The translations under genes and the position numbers were made by a program. The notes below the pieces were generated by a model. That model had not been told where the DNA came from and searched no databases. It saw only the letters and a list, made by a program, of their open reading frames with translations. A stretch of 64,000 nt of DNA from a virus: IMG/VR virus record IMGVR_UViG_3300025141_000030. The stretch is one strand, 5' to 3'. This document shows, piece by piece, positions 38,435-48,180 of this stretch. Position 1 is the stretch's first letter; each line of letters opens with the position of its first letter.

Positions 38435-41400
38435 ATGGCAGAAACAATACTTACCAGTCCAGGCGTATCAACGCGTGAAATTGATTTAAGTGGCCCCAGT
38501 AACAGCAGGCCTTTTGGCGTTCCTGCTGGCGTTATTGGGACGGCTAATCGGGGGCCTGCATTTGTTCCCGTGACATTCGGATCACGTGCTGATTTCTTTG
38601 CAAAGTTCGGCGAGACCGATGGCGAGAAATTCGGACCTATAGCTATCTCTGAGTGGATGAGCAACGGTGCTACAGCCGGTGCCTACATGAGAGTTCTAGG
38701 CGCCGGTAATGGAAAGCAGCGAAATACAACATCAGGTATAGTTACCAACGCTGGCTTTATTGTTGGCAATGAGGAGATCCAGTCAAATGGTCTAGTCGGT
38801 AGAAATCCTTATGCTAACGATATGGGCATTCCAGGCAACGTTCACTTCCTCGCTGCATTCATGTCACAGTCTAACTCCTCGATCTTTGTCGATGCCGGCC
38901 TCGTTCAAGACGGTGAGACCAAGGCGACGCCAATCCTTCGAGGTGTCTTGATGGCGCCATCCGGCGTGGTCCTTTCACTTTCAGGAGTGCACACAGCCAA
39001 TTCCAACATGCCGCTGTCAACTACCGTGGCAGCCGCTACACCGAACTTTGGACAGATAACGGGCTCGCTTAATATTAGTGGAAGCCAGTCATCATTCGTC
39101 ATGCTACTGAACGGCCACAAGGGCACCGCTGATAATCCACGAATTATTACCGCATCCCTTAATCCCACTGACAGTGACTATTTCGCTAACGTGATGAATC
39201 GCGATCCATCCAAGGTACAGGAGAAGGGGCACCTGGTCTACACTCACTATCCCGTCTACGACACGGAGGCGGTCTATACAGGTTCTGGGGTCGTTGCTAC
39301 CAATGCGTTCGCGCTGAGCAATGCGGACAGTGAGCTCTTCGAGGATATTGTCCTACTTACGACCGGTTCTGCCGACCTCGGTGCAGGATCGTCCACTAAG
39401 CCAGACTACAGGAATTTCCAGAACCGGTTCACTACTTCGACATCTCCGTGGGTGATTAGCGAGGCATCGACTAACCTGTTTAAGGTCACCGGTCTTGATG
39501 ATGGGCAGATCGTATCTTCTTCGCCCAAGGCCATTGATATTCCCGGCTCGAATGATAGGTACAAGATATCTGTCCTTAATATTAAGAAGTCAACATCCAC
39601 GACTGACCTTTACGGTACATTCGACATGGTTGTCAGGGACTTCTACGACACCGATGAGAACCCGATGGTCCTAGAGTCATTCCGAGGCCTTAGTCTCGAT
39701 CCGGCTTCGGATCGATATATTGCCCGGGCAGTTGGCGACCTCAGGACTTACTTCGACTTTGATAAGCCGGATGACGAGCAGCGGCTGGTCGTCGAGGGAA
39801 GCTTTCCAAACGTCTCTAACTACGTTCGCGTACAGATGTCATCTGAGATGACAGCTGGTGACGTTGCAGCCGAGTCACTTCCTGTAGGATTCCGAGGTCC
39901 CACTCACCTGGTGCTGTCTGGAACTGCTGCGCTCGTCGGACTGTCTAGCAGTCTTTATGTGGTGCCTCAGACGGCAGCATCAAACGGAGTGTCGGCAATG
40001 ATTAATGAGTTGCCGGTTCCAATGCGTGAGAATCTTGTCAAGGGTGTTCTCGACTCAGCCACAGAGCGCGTCGAGAAGTCACTGTACTGGGGCGTTCAGT
40101 TCGAGCGTAAGTCGGTCGCTAACGAGACCAACAACAGCCAGCTTCCCAATCCGGCGCTCGCTTCGATGACATCATTCTTCCCGGACTTTAGGCTTAACTC
40201 GCTTAATGTTGCCACCGGTTCCAATCCTGGCGCAGCCAGGCAGGACGGCGGCATCATGGATTGTGACCTGTACAATAATAATAAGTTCAGCCTTCTCAAT
40301 ATCAGAGTGCTGACAGGATCCAATGGAAAGGTGAACGTCAACACCTCGGTCGACTGGCGATATATGCGACGAGGCGGTATCACGCCAAACGCAGCCAACA
40401 AGACACGCGCCCTCAGTTTTGAGACAGACTTTGGTGTCGGCGGTATCTCTCAGTACTTGAAGTTCAGCTTCTTCGTGCAGTCTGGCTTTAACGGACTTGA
40501 CATGTTCAATGAGGACAAGGTTAAGATGAACAACAACGCGGTCCGCCGCGAGATGCTGGACACTGCTAATGAGTCCCAGGAGTCATCCTCGACGGTCGCT
40601 GCGTACCTCAAGGCCTTGGACATAATGGGTAGGACCAGTGACGTTGAGATACAGCTCCTGGCCATCCCAGGAATACGTGAGAGCGTTGTCACAGACGAGG
40701 CTATTAATACTGTTGAGAATCGATTTGATGCGCTCTACCTAATGGATATTCAGGAGAGGGATAACCTCAACCAGGTCATTACCTCATCCCTGCAACAGCC
40801 ACATGTCCAGAACACGGTGACAGCATTCACCGACCGGGCCCTTGACACTTCATTCGCGGCAGCCTACTTCCCGAATGTGACAATCATCGACCCGGTTAAG
40901 CTGAGCAACGTTGAGGTGCCGCCGTCAGTGGCCGTCCTCGGCGCGTTCGCCAAGAACGATCGACTGGCGCATCCCTGGTTTGCCCCAGCAGGATTCAGCC
41001 GGGCGACGCTGAGCACCACACAGGACGTGAGCGTCTGGATTAACCAGGACAATGCCGATCGACTCTACGAGGCGGATATCAATCCGCTGAGGCGATTTGT
41101 GGGAGCCAATGCAGGAATTGTGGTCTTCGGACAGAAGACACTGCAGCAGGCTCAGTCGGCCCTTGACAGGATTAATGTCAGGCGCCTCCTCATTGAGATC
41201 AGGCGACAGGTTCGCGCCATTGCGAACCGATTCCTGTTCGAGCCTAATCGCGATACAACACTTGCAGCATTCTCTGCAGCCGTCCAACCCCTACTGCAGC
41301 GAGTTCAACAGCAGCAGGGTGTTGATAGGTTTAAGGTCCTGATTGACACGACCACCACGACTCAGGCGGATGTTGAGAACAATACGATTCGAGGAAAGAT

Positions 41401-41476
41401 ATTCCTGCAGCCGACACGTTCGGTCGAATTTGTTTCACTTGACTTTGTCGTCACAAACGCTGGCGCCGAGGAGTAA
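38435..41476 (+). CDS. Tail sheath protein 2
   Basis: SPGVSTREID, GTANRGPAFVPV, WFAPAGFSR, VFGQKTLQ, DRINVRRL, FEPN and PTRSVEF. Confidence 0.92.
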   Translation: MAETILTSPGVSTREIDLSGPSNSRPFGVPAGVIGTANRGPAFVPVTFGSRADFFAKFGETDGEKFGPIAISEWMSNGATAGAYMRVLGAGNGKQRNTTSGIVTNAGFIVGNEEIQSNGLVGRNPYANDMGIPGNVHFLAAFMSQSNSSIFVDAGLVQDGETKATPILRGVLMAPSGVVLSLSGVHTANSNMPLSTTVAAATPNFGQITGSLNISGSQSSFVMLLNGHKGTADNPRIITASLNPTDSDYFANVMNRDPSKVQEKGHLVYTHYPVYDTEAVYTGSGVVATNAFALSNADSELFEDIVLLTTGSADLGAGSSTKPDYRNFQNRFTTSTSPWVISEASTNLFKVTGLDDGQIVSSSPKAIDIPGSNDRYKISVLNIKKSTSTTDLYGTFDMVVRDFYDTDENPMVLESFRGLSLDPASDRYIARAVGDLRTYFDFDKPDDEQRLVVEGSFPNVSNYVRVQMSSEMTAGDVAAESLPVGFRGPTHLVLSGTAALVGLSSSLYVVPQTAASNGVSAMINELPVPMRENLVKGVLDSATERVEKSLYWGVQFERKSVANETNNSQLPNPALASMTSFFPDFRLNSLNVATGSNPGAARQDGGIMDCDLYNNNKFSLLNIRVLTGSNGKVNVNTSVDWRYMRRGGITPNAANKTRALSFETDFGVGGISQYLKFSFFVQSGFNGLDMFNEDKVKMNNNAVRREMLDTANESQESSSTVAAYLKALDIMGRTSDVEIQLLAIPGIRESVVTDEAINTVENRFDALYLMDIQERDNLNQVITSSLQQPHVQNTVTAFTDRALDTSFAAAYFPNVTIIDPVKLSNVEVPPSVAVLGAFAKNDRLAHPWFAPAGFSRATLSTTQDVSVWINQDNADRLYEADINPLRRFVGANAGIVVFGQKTLQQAQSALDRINVRRLLIEIRRQVRAIANRFLFEPNRDTTLAAFSAAVQPLLQRVQQQQGVDRFKVLIDTTTTTQADVENNTIRGKIFLQPTRSVEFVSLDFVVTNAGAEE

Positions 41477-41532
41477 ATGAACATGCTTTTTTTAACCACG
41501 AGCATATATATCTTTAGCGGAGGAAACTAGAA

Positions 41533-42021
41533 ATGGCCGAGACACTTTCAGTTGCAGAAATGCTTCCTAATAAGTTTGAGCCCAAGAGGAAGTTTAGATG
41601 GGTTTTTCAGATAGAGGGAGTTGACGCCTTCCTGATCAAGACTGCTGCTCGTCCGACGATAAGCACCGAAGAGGTCACCCTTCCGTTTATCAACCACACC
41701 AGGTATCTTGCGGGCCGCACAACGTTCGGCACTGTGTCAGTGACACTGTACGATCCGATTGCACCTTCTGGTGCCCAGCAGGTGATGGAGTGGGTCAGGC
41801 TGCACTTCGAGTCGGTCTCCGGCCGCTCCGGTTATGCAGACTTCTACAAGCGTGACTGTCAGATCAAGATGCTTGATCCTGTCGGTACCGTCGTTGAGCT
41901 ATGGGACATGAAGGGCGCCTTCCTCACAGAGGCCAACTTCGGTGACATGGATTACAGCGCGTCTGACCCGACTGAGGTGTCGCTGACACTTCGCTTTGAT
42001 AATTGCGTGCTTCAGTTCTAG
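41533..42021 (+). CDS. Tail tube protein
   Basis: 162 aa after the sheaths. FEPKRKFRW, LYDPIAPSGAQQVMEW, YKRD, LDPVG.VVE.W..KGAF and LRFD. Confidence 0.85.
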   Translation: MAETLSVAEMLPNKFEPKRKFRWVFQIEGVDAFLIKTAARPTISTEEVTLPFINHTRYLAGRTTFGTVSVTLYDPIAPSGAQQVMEWVRLHFESVSGRSGYADFYKRDCQIKMLDPVGTVVELWDMKGAFLTEANFGDMDYSASDPTEVSLTLRFDNCVLQF

Positions 42022-42044
42022 TTCATACATTAATTCTATCTTAG

Positions 42045-42086
42045 AATGCCCTGGCTACTTAATTGAAGCCGGGGCGTTTTATTTTT
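42045..42086 (+). terminator. Probable Rho-independent terminator after the tube gene
   Basis: AATGCCCTGGCT...AGCCGGGGCGTT stem (with G-U pairs) followed by TTATTTTT. Confidence 0.7.
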
Positions 42087-42185
42087 ACTGAAAATTAATT
42101 TGGGCATAATTATTAGCGTGACAGTGGTCATTAGTCACACGTGATTCCATAAAATTATTATGAAGAGCCGTGGACCCTTTAAATT

Positions 42186-42225
42186 TTGACACATTTATTT
42201 ACACAATCGTATGATATCGTACAAT
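42186..42225 (+). promoter_or_regulatory. Sigma70-like promoter(s) upstream of the tail chaperone gene
   Basis: TTGACA(42186)-N18-TATGAT(42210), overlapping TTTACA(42198)-N16-TACAAT(42220). Confidence 0.45.
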
Positions 42226-42253
42226 TTACAAGGAGCTTTAGGAGTCCCCTTAT

Positions 42254-43096
42254 ATGTCTAAGAACAGAAATGAAGTATTTAATGCCCCTCGGCCTGAGGA
42301 GTCCCTGAAGGGAACCCCCGGAATCCAGACCCAGGAGCTTGATTTTGAGATACCAGTTGAGACCGTCCCGCTGCCGAGCCAGGGATTAGCCTATGCAGTC
42401 GATCATCCGCTTCACGGCGCTACCACGGTCGATATTAAGGCGATGACAGCCAGGGAGGAGGATATTCTAACCTCCAAGGCTTTCATTAAGAAGGGAACGG
42501 TCATTACCGAGCTCCTTCGTTCGTGCCTGACAGACAAGCGTATCAATCCAGACACGCTGCTGGCGGGTGACAGGAATGCCATCATGGTCGCCATTCGAAT
42601 TACTGGCTACGGTGCCGAGTACAACGTGGAGGTCGATTGTCCCTCCTGCAACACTCGAGACAAGCATGCTTTTAACCTGGGAGAGCTGCCAATTACGTCC
42701 CTGGGTCAGGAGCCGACAGAGATGGGCTCCAACAGGTTTGATTTTATCCTTCCAATGACTAAGAAGTCTGTCCATTTCAAGTTTCTTACTGGTCGCGACG
42801 AGCAGGAGATAATGGTTGCTGCAGGCCGCCGAAAGAAGGGTGGCCTAGTCGCCGATAACCTGGTGACTAATAAGCTGCAGTACAGCCTTGTCGCAATTGA
42901 CGGAAAGACAGAGAAGTCGTCTATCAATCACTTTATCAGGCACATGCCTGCTCGTGACTCGCTGGCGCTACGTCGACACATGGACAAGATCGAGCCCGGC
43001 ATCGAGATGAAGGGGTGGATAGACTGCACGTCGTGTGATGAGTCGACGGAGGTAACGTTCCCACTGGGAGCGTCGTTTTTTTGGCCTGACGCATAG
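42254..43096 (+). CDS. Baseplate hub assembly/tail assembly chaperone (T4 gp26-like)
   Basis: VPLPSQG..Y, MTAREEDIL, GDRNAIMVAIR, CPSC, CTSC and terminal FFWP. Lies between tube and tape measure. Confidence 0.75.
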   Translation: MSKNRNEVFNAPRPEESLKGTPGIQTQELDFEIPVETVPLPSQGLAYAVDHPLHGATTVDIKAMTAREEDILTSKAFIKKGTVITELLRSCLTDKRINPDTLLAGDRNAIMVAIRITGYGAEYNVEVDCPSCNTRDKHAFNLGELPITSLGQEPTEMGSNRFDFILPMTKKSVHFKFLTGRDEQEIMVAAGRRKKGGLVADNLVTNKLQYSLVAIDGKTEKSSINHFIRHMPARDSLALRRHMDKIEPGIEMKGWIDCTSCDESTEVTFPLGASFFWPDA

Positions 43097-43337
43097 CGAC
43101 AAGGAGATTTTCCTTGAGCAGATCTTCCTGCTGATGTACTACGGTGGATTTACGTACACCGAGAGCTACCTGCTGCCAGTCAGCTTTCGACTCTGGTTTA
43201 TAAGGCGGATCAACACTGAGTTTGAGAAGTCCAACAGGCAGGCGTCCAAGGCTGTCCACGAAAATACGCCTGATAAAAACATGCTAATGGGCAAGAGTCG
43301 CACTCAAACCCCTGCAAGAATGAGGCGATTCACATGA
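43077..43337 (+). CDS. Downstream chaperone segment (gp51/gpT-like), probably reached by frameshift
   Basis: Frame open through the T7 run: FFGLTHSDKEIFLEQIFLLMYYGGFTYTESYLLPVSFRLWFIRRI. First ATG at 43134. Confidence 0.6.
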   Translation, partial: FFGLTHSDKEIFLEQIFLLMYYGGFTYTESYLLPVSFRLWFIRRINTEFEKSNRQASKAVHENTPDKNMLMGKSRTQTPARMRRFT

Positions 43338-43341
43338 TGCC

Positions 43342-43351
43342 TATATTTATA
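43342..43351 (+). promoter_or_regulatory. Candidate late promoter TATATTTATA (tape measure cluster)
   Basis: Identical 10-mer to 25951-25960. Confidence 0.55.
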
Positions 43352-43369
43352 TAGAATAGCAGTATAGAT

Positions 43370-43645
43370 GTGTTAGAGATGAATGACGCCCCAGGTATAG
43401 GTAGAATGTACCAGCTCGCGACGGCAGCCACAGCCCTCGACCACCCAGCAGCCTCCATGACATCGATAGGGGGAAGCAGGGACCAGGTCGCGGCAACGGC
43501 ACGGGTCATCGCGGCAACCCAGGACCTCAGCAGCTGTCTCGCATCAGACTCGCCATCGCTAAGTCAGGTGATGTCAAGTATTGATCGAAAGAACGTGGCA
43601 GCTGGAGAGTTCCTTCGGTGTACTGGGACGCCTTGGCCTCTCTAG
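43370..43645 (+). CDS. Small hypothetical protein before the tape measure gene
   Basis: 91 aa ending WPL. TATATTTATA motif upstream. Confidence 0.55.
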   Translation: MLEMNDAPGIGRMYQLATAATALDHPAASMTSIGGSRDQVAATARVIAATQDLSSCLASDSPSLSQVMSSIDRKNVAAGEFLRCTGTPWPL

Positions 43646-43661
43646 CCAATTGGAGTCGTAA

Positions 43662-46600
43662 GTGGCCAGTAATCTTGAGACAGCCCAGCAGATAAACAAG
43701 CTGATATCAGAGCGAAAGAAGCTGATCCAGGACAGCAACAAGATGCTGTCCAGGCAGGCTGCGATTGCCCGTGAGCTGTGTAAGGCCCTCGACTGCGATG
43801 CCAGCGACTCCCTGGACGATATCGCCAAGCGCGCTAATGACATGGAGAAGGCCCTGCTGGGCGCCCGCGAGGCTGCTGGCGACACCACCGACTCCCTGGA
43901 GGAGATGAACAAGGAGGCCAAGAAGGGCAGCTCGATCTTCGGAGGCATGTGGGGCGCGCTGAAAAAGGTTGGTGGGTACTTGGGCAAGGGCTTCACGATG
44001 GCTATCTCCGCCGCCTCTGCCGCCTACACATTTTTTATCAAGCAGTCAGGCAAGGTCTACGACGAGATGGTGGAGGTCAGAAGGTCTGCTGAGGAGCTTC
44101 GCGACACGTTTGGCAGCCTAGAGCGCGGCCCCGGTAAGAGGGTACTCAGTCAGTCCCGGGCCATGGGCAAGACATTCCGCAAGCTCGGTATTGGCATGAA
44201 GTTCGGCTATGCAGCCGGCTCCCAGATGAACCAGATGCTGGGCAAGATGATGGGTGAGATGGACCCGGCCCACCTGGGTGCCTTCCATCAGATGACCGAC
44301 GACGCCGCCAATGAGATGCTGCTGTTTGGCAAGGCGATCGGTTTCACCGCCAAGGATACAGGCCTGCTCAATCAACGAATGAGGGCCCTCGGCAAGGACG
44401 GTCCTTCCAGCAGATGTCCGACGACGCCGCCAATGAGATGCTGCTGTTTGGCAAGGCGATCGGTTTCACCGCCAAGGATACAGGCCTGCTCAATCAACGA
44501 ATGAGGGCCCTCGGCAAGGACGGCCCGTCCGAGATAAAGAAGATCGCCGATATCAGCTTCAGGGTTCAGAACGTGACTGGCATGACCGCCATCGCCGTCG
44601 GCAAGTCATTTGCTGCCATGACCGAGAATGTCAAGATCTTCGGCGACATGAACTCTGAACAGATGGGACAGGCCATCGCCAAGGCATCCCAATTAGGCGT
44701 TGGGGTCAAGGAACTGGCAGCCGTCGGTGAGGCATTCTTCTCCTTCGACAAGGCCGCCGAGAACGTCTCGCGCCTCAGTCAGGCGTTCGGCACCAATATT
44801 GACACCATGAAGATGCTCAATGCCGCCAGCCCGGCCGACCAGATTGACGAGATCAGGAACTCGCTCTTCGCCGCCGGCAAGTCGGCCGAGTCCATGAGCC
44901 GCCACGAGAAGGCACTCCTGGCCGACACCCTCAACCTGTCGGCAGGACAGGCCGAACTGATGTTCTCCCAGGAGGCCCAGTACATGTCCCAGGAGGAGCT
45001 GGACAAGGCCATGGCCGACAAGGATCCCCAGAAGCAGATGGTCAAAGGCCTGCAGGACGTCGCCGACCAGATCAAGAAGGTCATCAACAGCCTGAGCGAT
45101 ATGGGTCTCCAGGGCAAGGGCTTCTTCGGGGCCTTCACAACAGGCCTGACTGACGGACTGTTCCGTTTCGGCAGGTTCGGCAAGACGGCTGGCAAGACGG
45201 GCGACTCGCTCATCACACTGCGACAAAGGGGTGAGGATTTCGCCAAGAACCTGACCAAGGAGGGTGCGCCGCTGGCAGGCATCTTCGACAAGCTGGATGC
45301 CGCCGTCGCCAAGGTGGAGCCCACTGTCACCAAGCTGATGGGCCCGGTGGCTGACCTGATCGGCGCCATGGCCGAGGGCGACATGGATAAGGCCAAGGAC
45401 GCGTTCGCGAGCCTGGGCGACATTATCAAGGATGCGTTTAGGGCCATCTTCGTCGACAGTGGCATGGTCCAGACGATCAAGGACGCCCTGATGACGCTCT
45501 GGCACACTGCCAGTGACTACTTCATTGATGAGGTGGTGCCGTACCTCCAGGACACCGTCGTTCCACTAATGAGTGGCCTGCTAGAAAAACTGAAGGACTG
45601 GGCGCTGAACAACAAGAAACTGGTCATCGCCGCCTTCCTTGTCCTGTTCGGGCCCGCTGTCATATCAGGTATTATATCAGGTGCCGCTGGCCTGCTCGGT
45701 GGCCTCGCTTCTGGCCTTGGGAAGATATTTGCTGCATCTGTTCCAAACCCCCCACCGCTTCCCGCCCCAGGCGAGTCCAAGGGATTTTTTGGGGCGATGA
45801 AGGGCCTGGTCAAAGGGCTCGCCGATATTGTCACCCTTGGTATCCCGACTATTCTCAAGGCCGCAGCCGGCGCAGCCGTCCTGGGCACCCTGGTGGCTAT
45901 TGGAATAACACCGCTGGCCCTGGCCATGATTGGCCTTGCTAAGCTCGCTGGTGCTAACATAGGCGGTGTTGCCATGCTTGCAGCGTCGCTTGGCGTCGTC
46001 ATGCTTGCCATGACGCCCATGATTGCCATCGGTGCTGTCCTCGGCGCCATGATGATGGCAGTTCCCTGGGGCACGGCTGGCGTCGCACTAATAGCTGCGG
46101 GATTCGGGGTCCTGTCCACCCTAATGGGTACCTTCACGGCATCGCTGATTCCCGTTATTAACTCCCTGGCCGACGCCGCCTCCACTATTCCAAGCCCACG
46201 TGCCGTCGAGGCTGTTGCCAATGCCCTCGCCAAGGTGGTCGGAGCAGCCACGGACCTGATGAAGAACCTCGGCCCTATCATCAAGACGCTAAAGCCAAAC
46301 ATATTCAGTAAGGGCCAGAATGAAAGTTTTGCCAGCAATATGAAGCTCTTCACGGATCTGATCGATAAAATTATGGTCAGCGTGATTGCTATCGTCGAGA
46401 AGCTTGCCGACGCCGCCATGAAGCTGGGCACCCCGTCATCGATCCAGGGTGCCGCCGCCCTCGGCGATATAATTGGAGCCATCTCTAACCTTATTGATGT
46501 CATCTCTCCCAACCTGGACGCCCTCAAGACATCACATGAGTCGTACGGTCACGGATACAGCGAGAGGTCCACGGGGATCAATATCGCCGCCCTTGAGGGC

Positions 46601-47902
46601 CTCAAGGTCTTTTATGAGTCAATGGGTCCCTCTATTGAGATACTAGTCGAGTCGGTGGTTGAGAGCATGTTGAAGATGGTCGGTGGCAAGGAGCAACAGA
46701 TCAAGGATGCCGGTGAAGCTGCCATCCCGCTGTTCGAGGCCATTCGCAACCTAATGGGAGCGGTCAGCGCCCTTACAGCCCGCGGTACAGACTGGAAAGA
46801 TGCTGACGTGCGCGATGACATAAAACTGGGCATCACCCGCGGCCTCGAGTTCCTATCAGAGGTTGTGAATCCGCAGAAGGAGATGGGTGGCGCTCTCTTA
46901 GGGTTTGTTGCCTTGATTCCAGTGTTTTCAACAGTAACGCAGGCAATCACTGGAGGCCAGGGCCTAAAGGGATTTATCGACACGATTAAGGATGTCATAT
47001 ACGGCGTTGTGCAGATGAACGCTGAGTCCAATAAACTGAAGGCGGTAAATGTAGCCAGCGCTGGCGATATTCGGCTCATTATTAGGAATTTATTTAACCT
47101 GGGAGTGACAATCCGGGAGGAGCTCTTCCCGAATGAGTATATCCACACCCGAGCCGGCCGGGACCCGAAGCAGGTCTCGGGCCCACTTGGCTTTGGATCC
47201 ATAACTGAATGGATCGGTCTTGGGGCAAACATCATTTTGGCGAGTGCAGGGATGGCATATTTTCATATAGCTATTAAGATGTTCGGTAATACTGTCAAGG
47301 GTATATCGCCAGACCTTCTCAAGCTTTCTAGGAGTGGAACTAGCCTTGAGAGTGCCATCGTTGGTAGGGGAACCACACTCGGATTTGATGTCAATGAGTG
47401 GCGAGGCGCCAGCGCAGATATTTGGGACCTCGCCGATATCTTCGAGAACCTGGAATATCCGATGGATCGCCTGTCCCAGGCTTTTGATAGTTTCCAGTCA
47501 CACGCCTCTGGACTGCATGACACTGTCTTTGCTAGTGGTTATACCAACCTGGGCTTCGGCGACGCGTCCAAGTGGACACGTTTTGCCCAGGAGATGAAGA
47601 AGATATCCAAGGTCTTTAACAATTCTCTCAACGCCAGCACTGACAGTCTCGCTGCGAGCGTTGCCGATTTTGCCATCGCCATCCCCAAGATCACCAGGGA
47701 TATCGAGAAGCTGGACGTTGTCAAGATCCAGGCTGTCATGGCTCAGAAGGGTGCCGCTGCCTCGGTGCTAGAGGCAGATGATGTTAGCGTTGAGACCAAT
47801 GAGGGCGCGCCTGCCGTTAACTTCCACATTAACATCACCATGGATGCTGATAAGGTCGCCAGGGCTTGTATTAACACTAGCCTGATACCAGGAACTGGAT
47901 AG
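43662..47902 (+). CDS. Tail tape measure protein, split into ORFs 43662..44504 and 44414..47902 by a 122-bp duplication
   Basis: Ala/Gly/Leu-rich helical sequence with a central hydrophobic block, in the expected position. Deleting one repeat copy gives a single 4119-nt frame (1372 aa). Confidence 0.8.
44281..44524 (+). repeat. 122-bp tandem direct repeat, two near-identical copies
   Basis: Copy 1 (44281-44402) starts CCTTCCATCAGATGACCGAC; copy 2 (44403-44524) starts CCTTCCAGCAGATGTCCGAC. Three mismatches seen. Confidence 0.95.
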
Positions 47903-47911
47903 GGAGTAGCT

Positions 47912-48175
47912 ATGTCCGATAAGATTAAGTTTGATATATATTCCGATGTCGTCACCCACGACATCTATGACATTATGACCAAGGACCTCACAAAAGAGGA
48001 GAAGACTCACCTCAATGCAGTCCTCAAGCAGTTCACTGAGATGCTGGAGGCAGGTATCGTTCGACCTGGGTATGAACTGATGGAGAGGTGCAGGGACGAG
48101 CTGGCACAGGACATGGTCGAGGATGTGGTCGAGGAGATGGTTAAGGAGCAGCAGGCTGAGGACGCCGAGGAGTAG
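47912..48175 (+). CDS. Small acidic hypothetical protein
   Basis: 87 aa, GGGAG RBS, tightly packed between neighbours. Confidence 0.6.
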   Translation: MSDKIKFDIYSDVVTHDIYDIMTKDLTKEEKTHLNAVLKQFTEMLEAGIVRPGYELMERCRDELAQDMVEDVVEEMVKEQQAEDAEE

Positions 48176-48180
48176 GAAAA

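Noticed and set aside
44281-44524. Repeat pair as a DGR template/variable repeat or a CRISPR array
   Set aside because: The copies are directly adjacent, the mismatches are not adenine-specific, there are no spacers, and no reverse transcriptase or cas gene is in the window.
44693-47235. Long minus-strand ORFs (270, 242, 336 and 207 aa) opposite the tape measure gene
   Set aside because: Antisense shadows expected from GC3-biased, Ala/Gly-rich coding. They show no motifs, and all supported genes are on the + strand.
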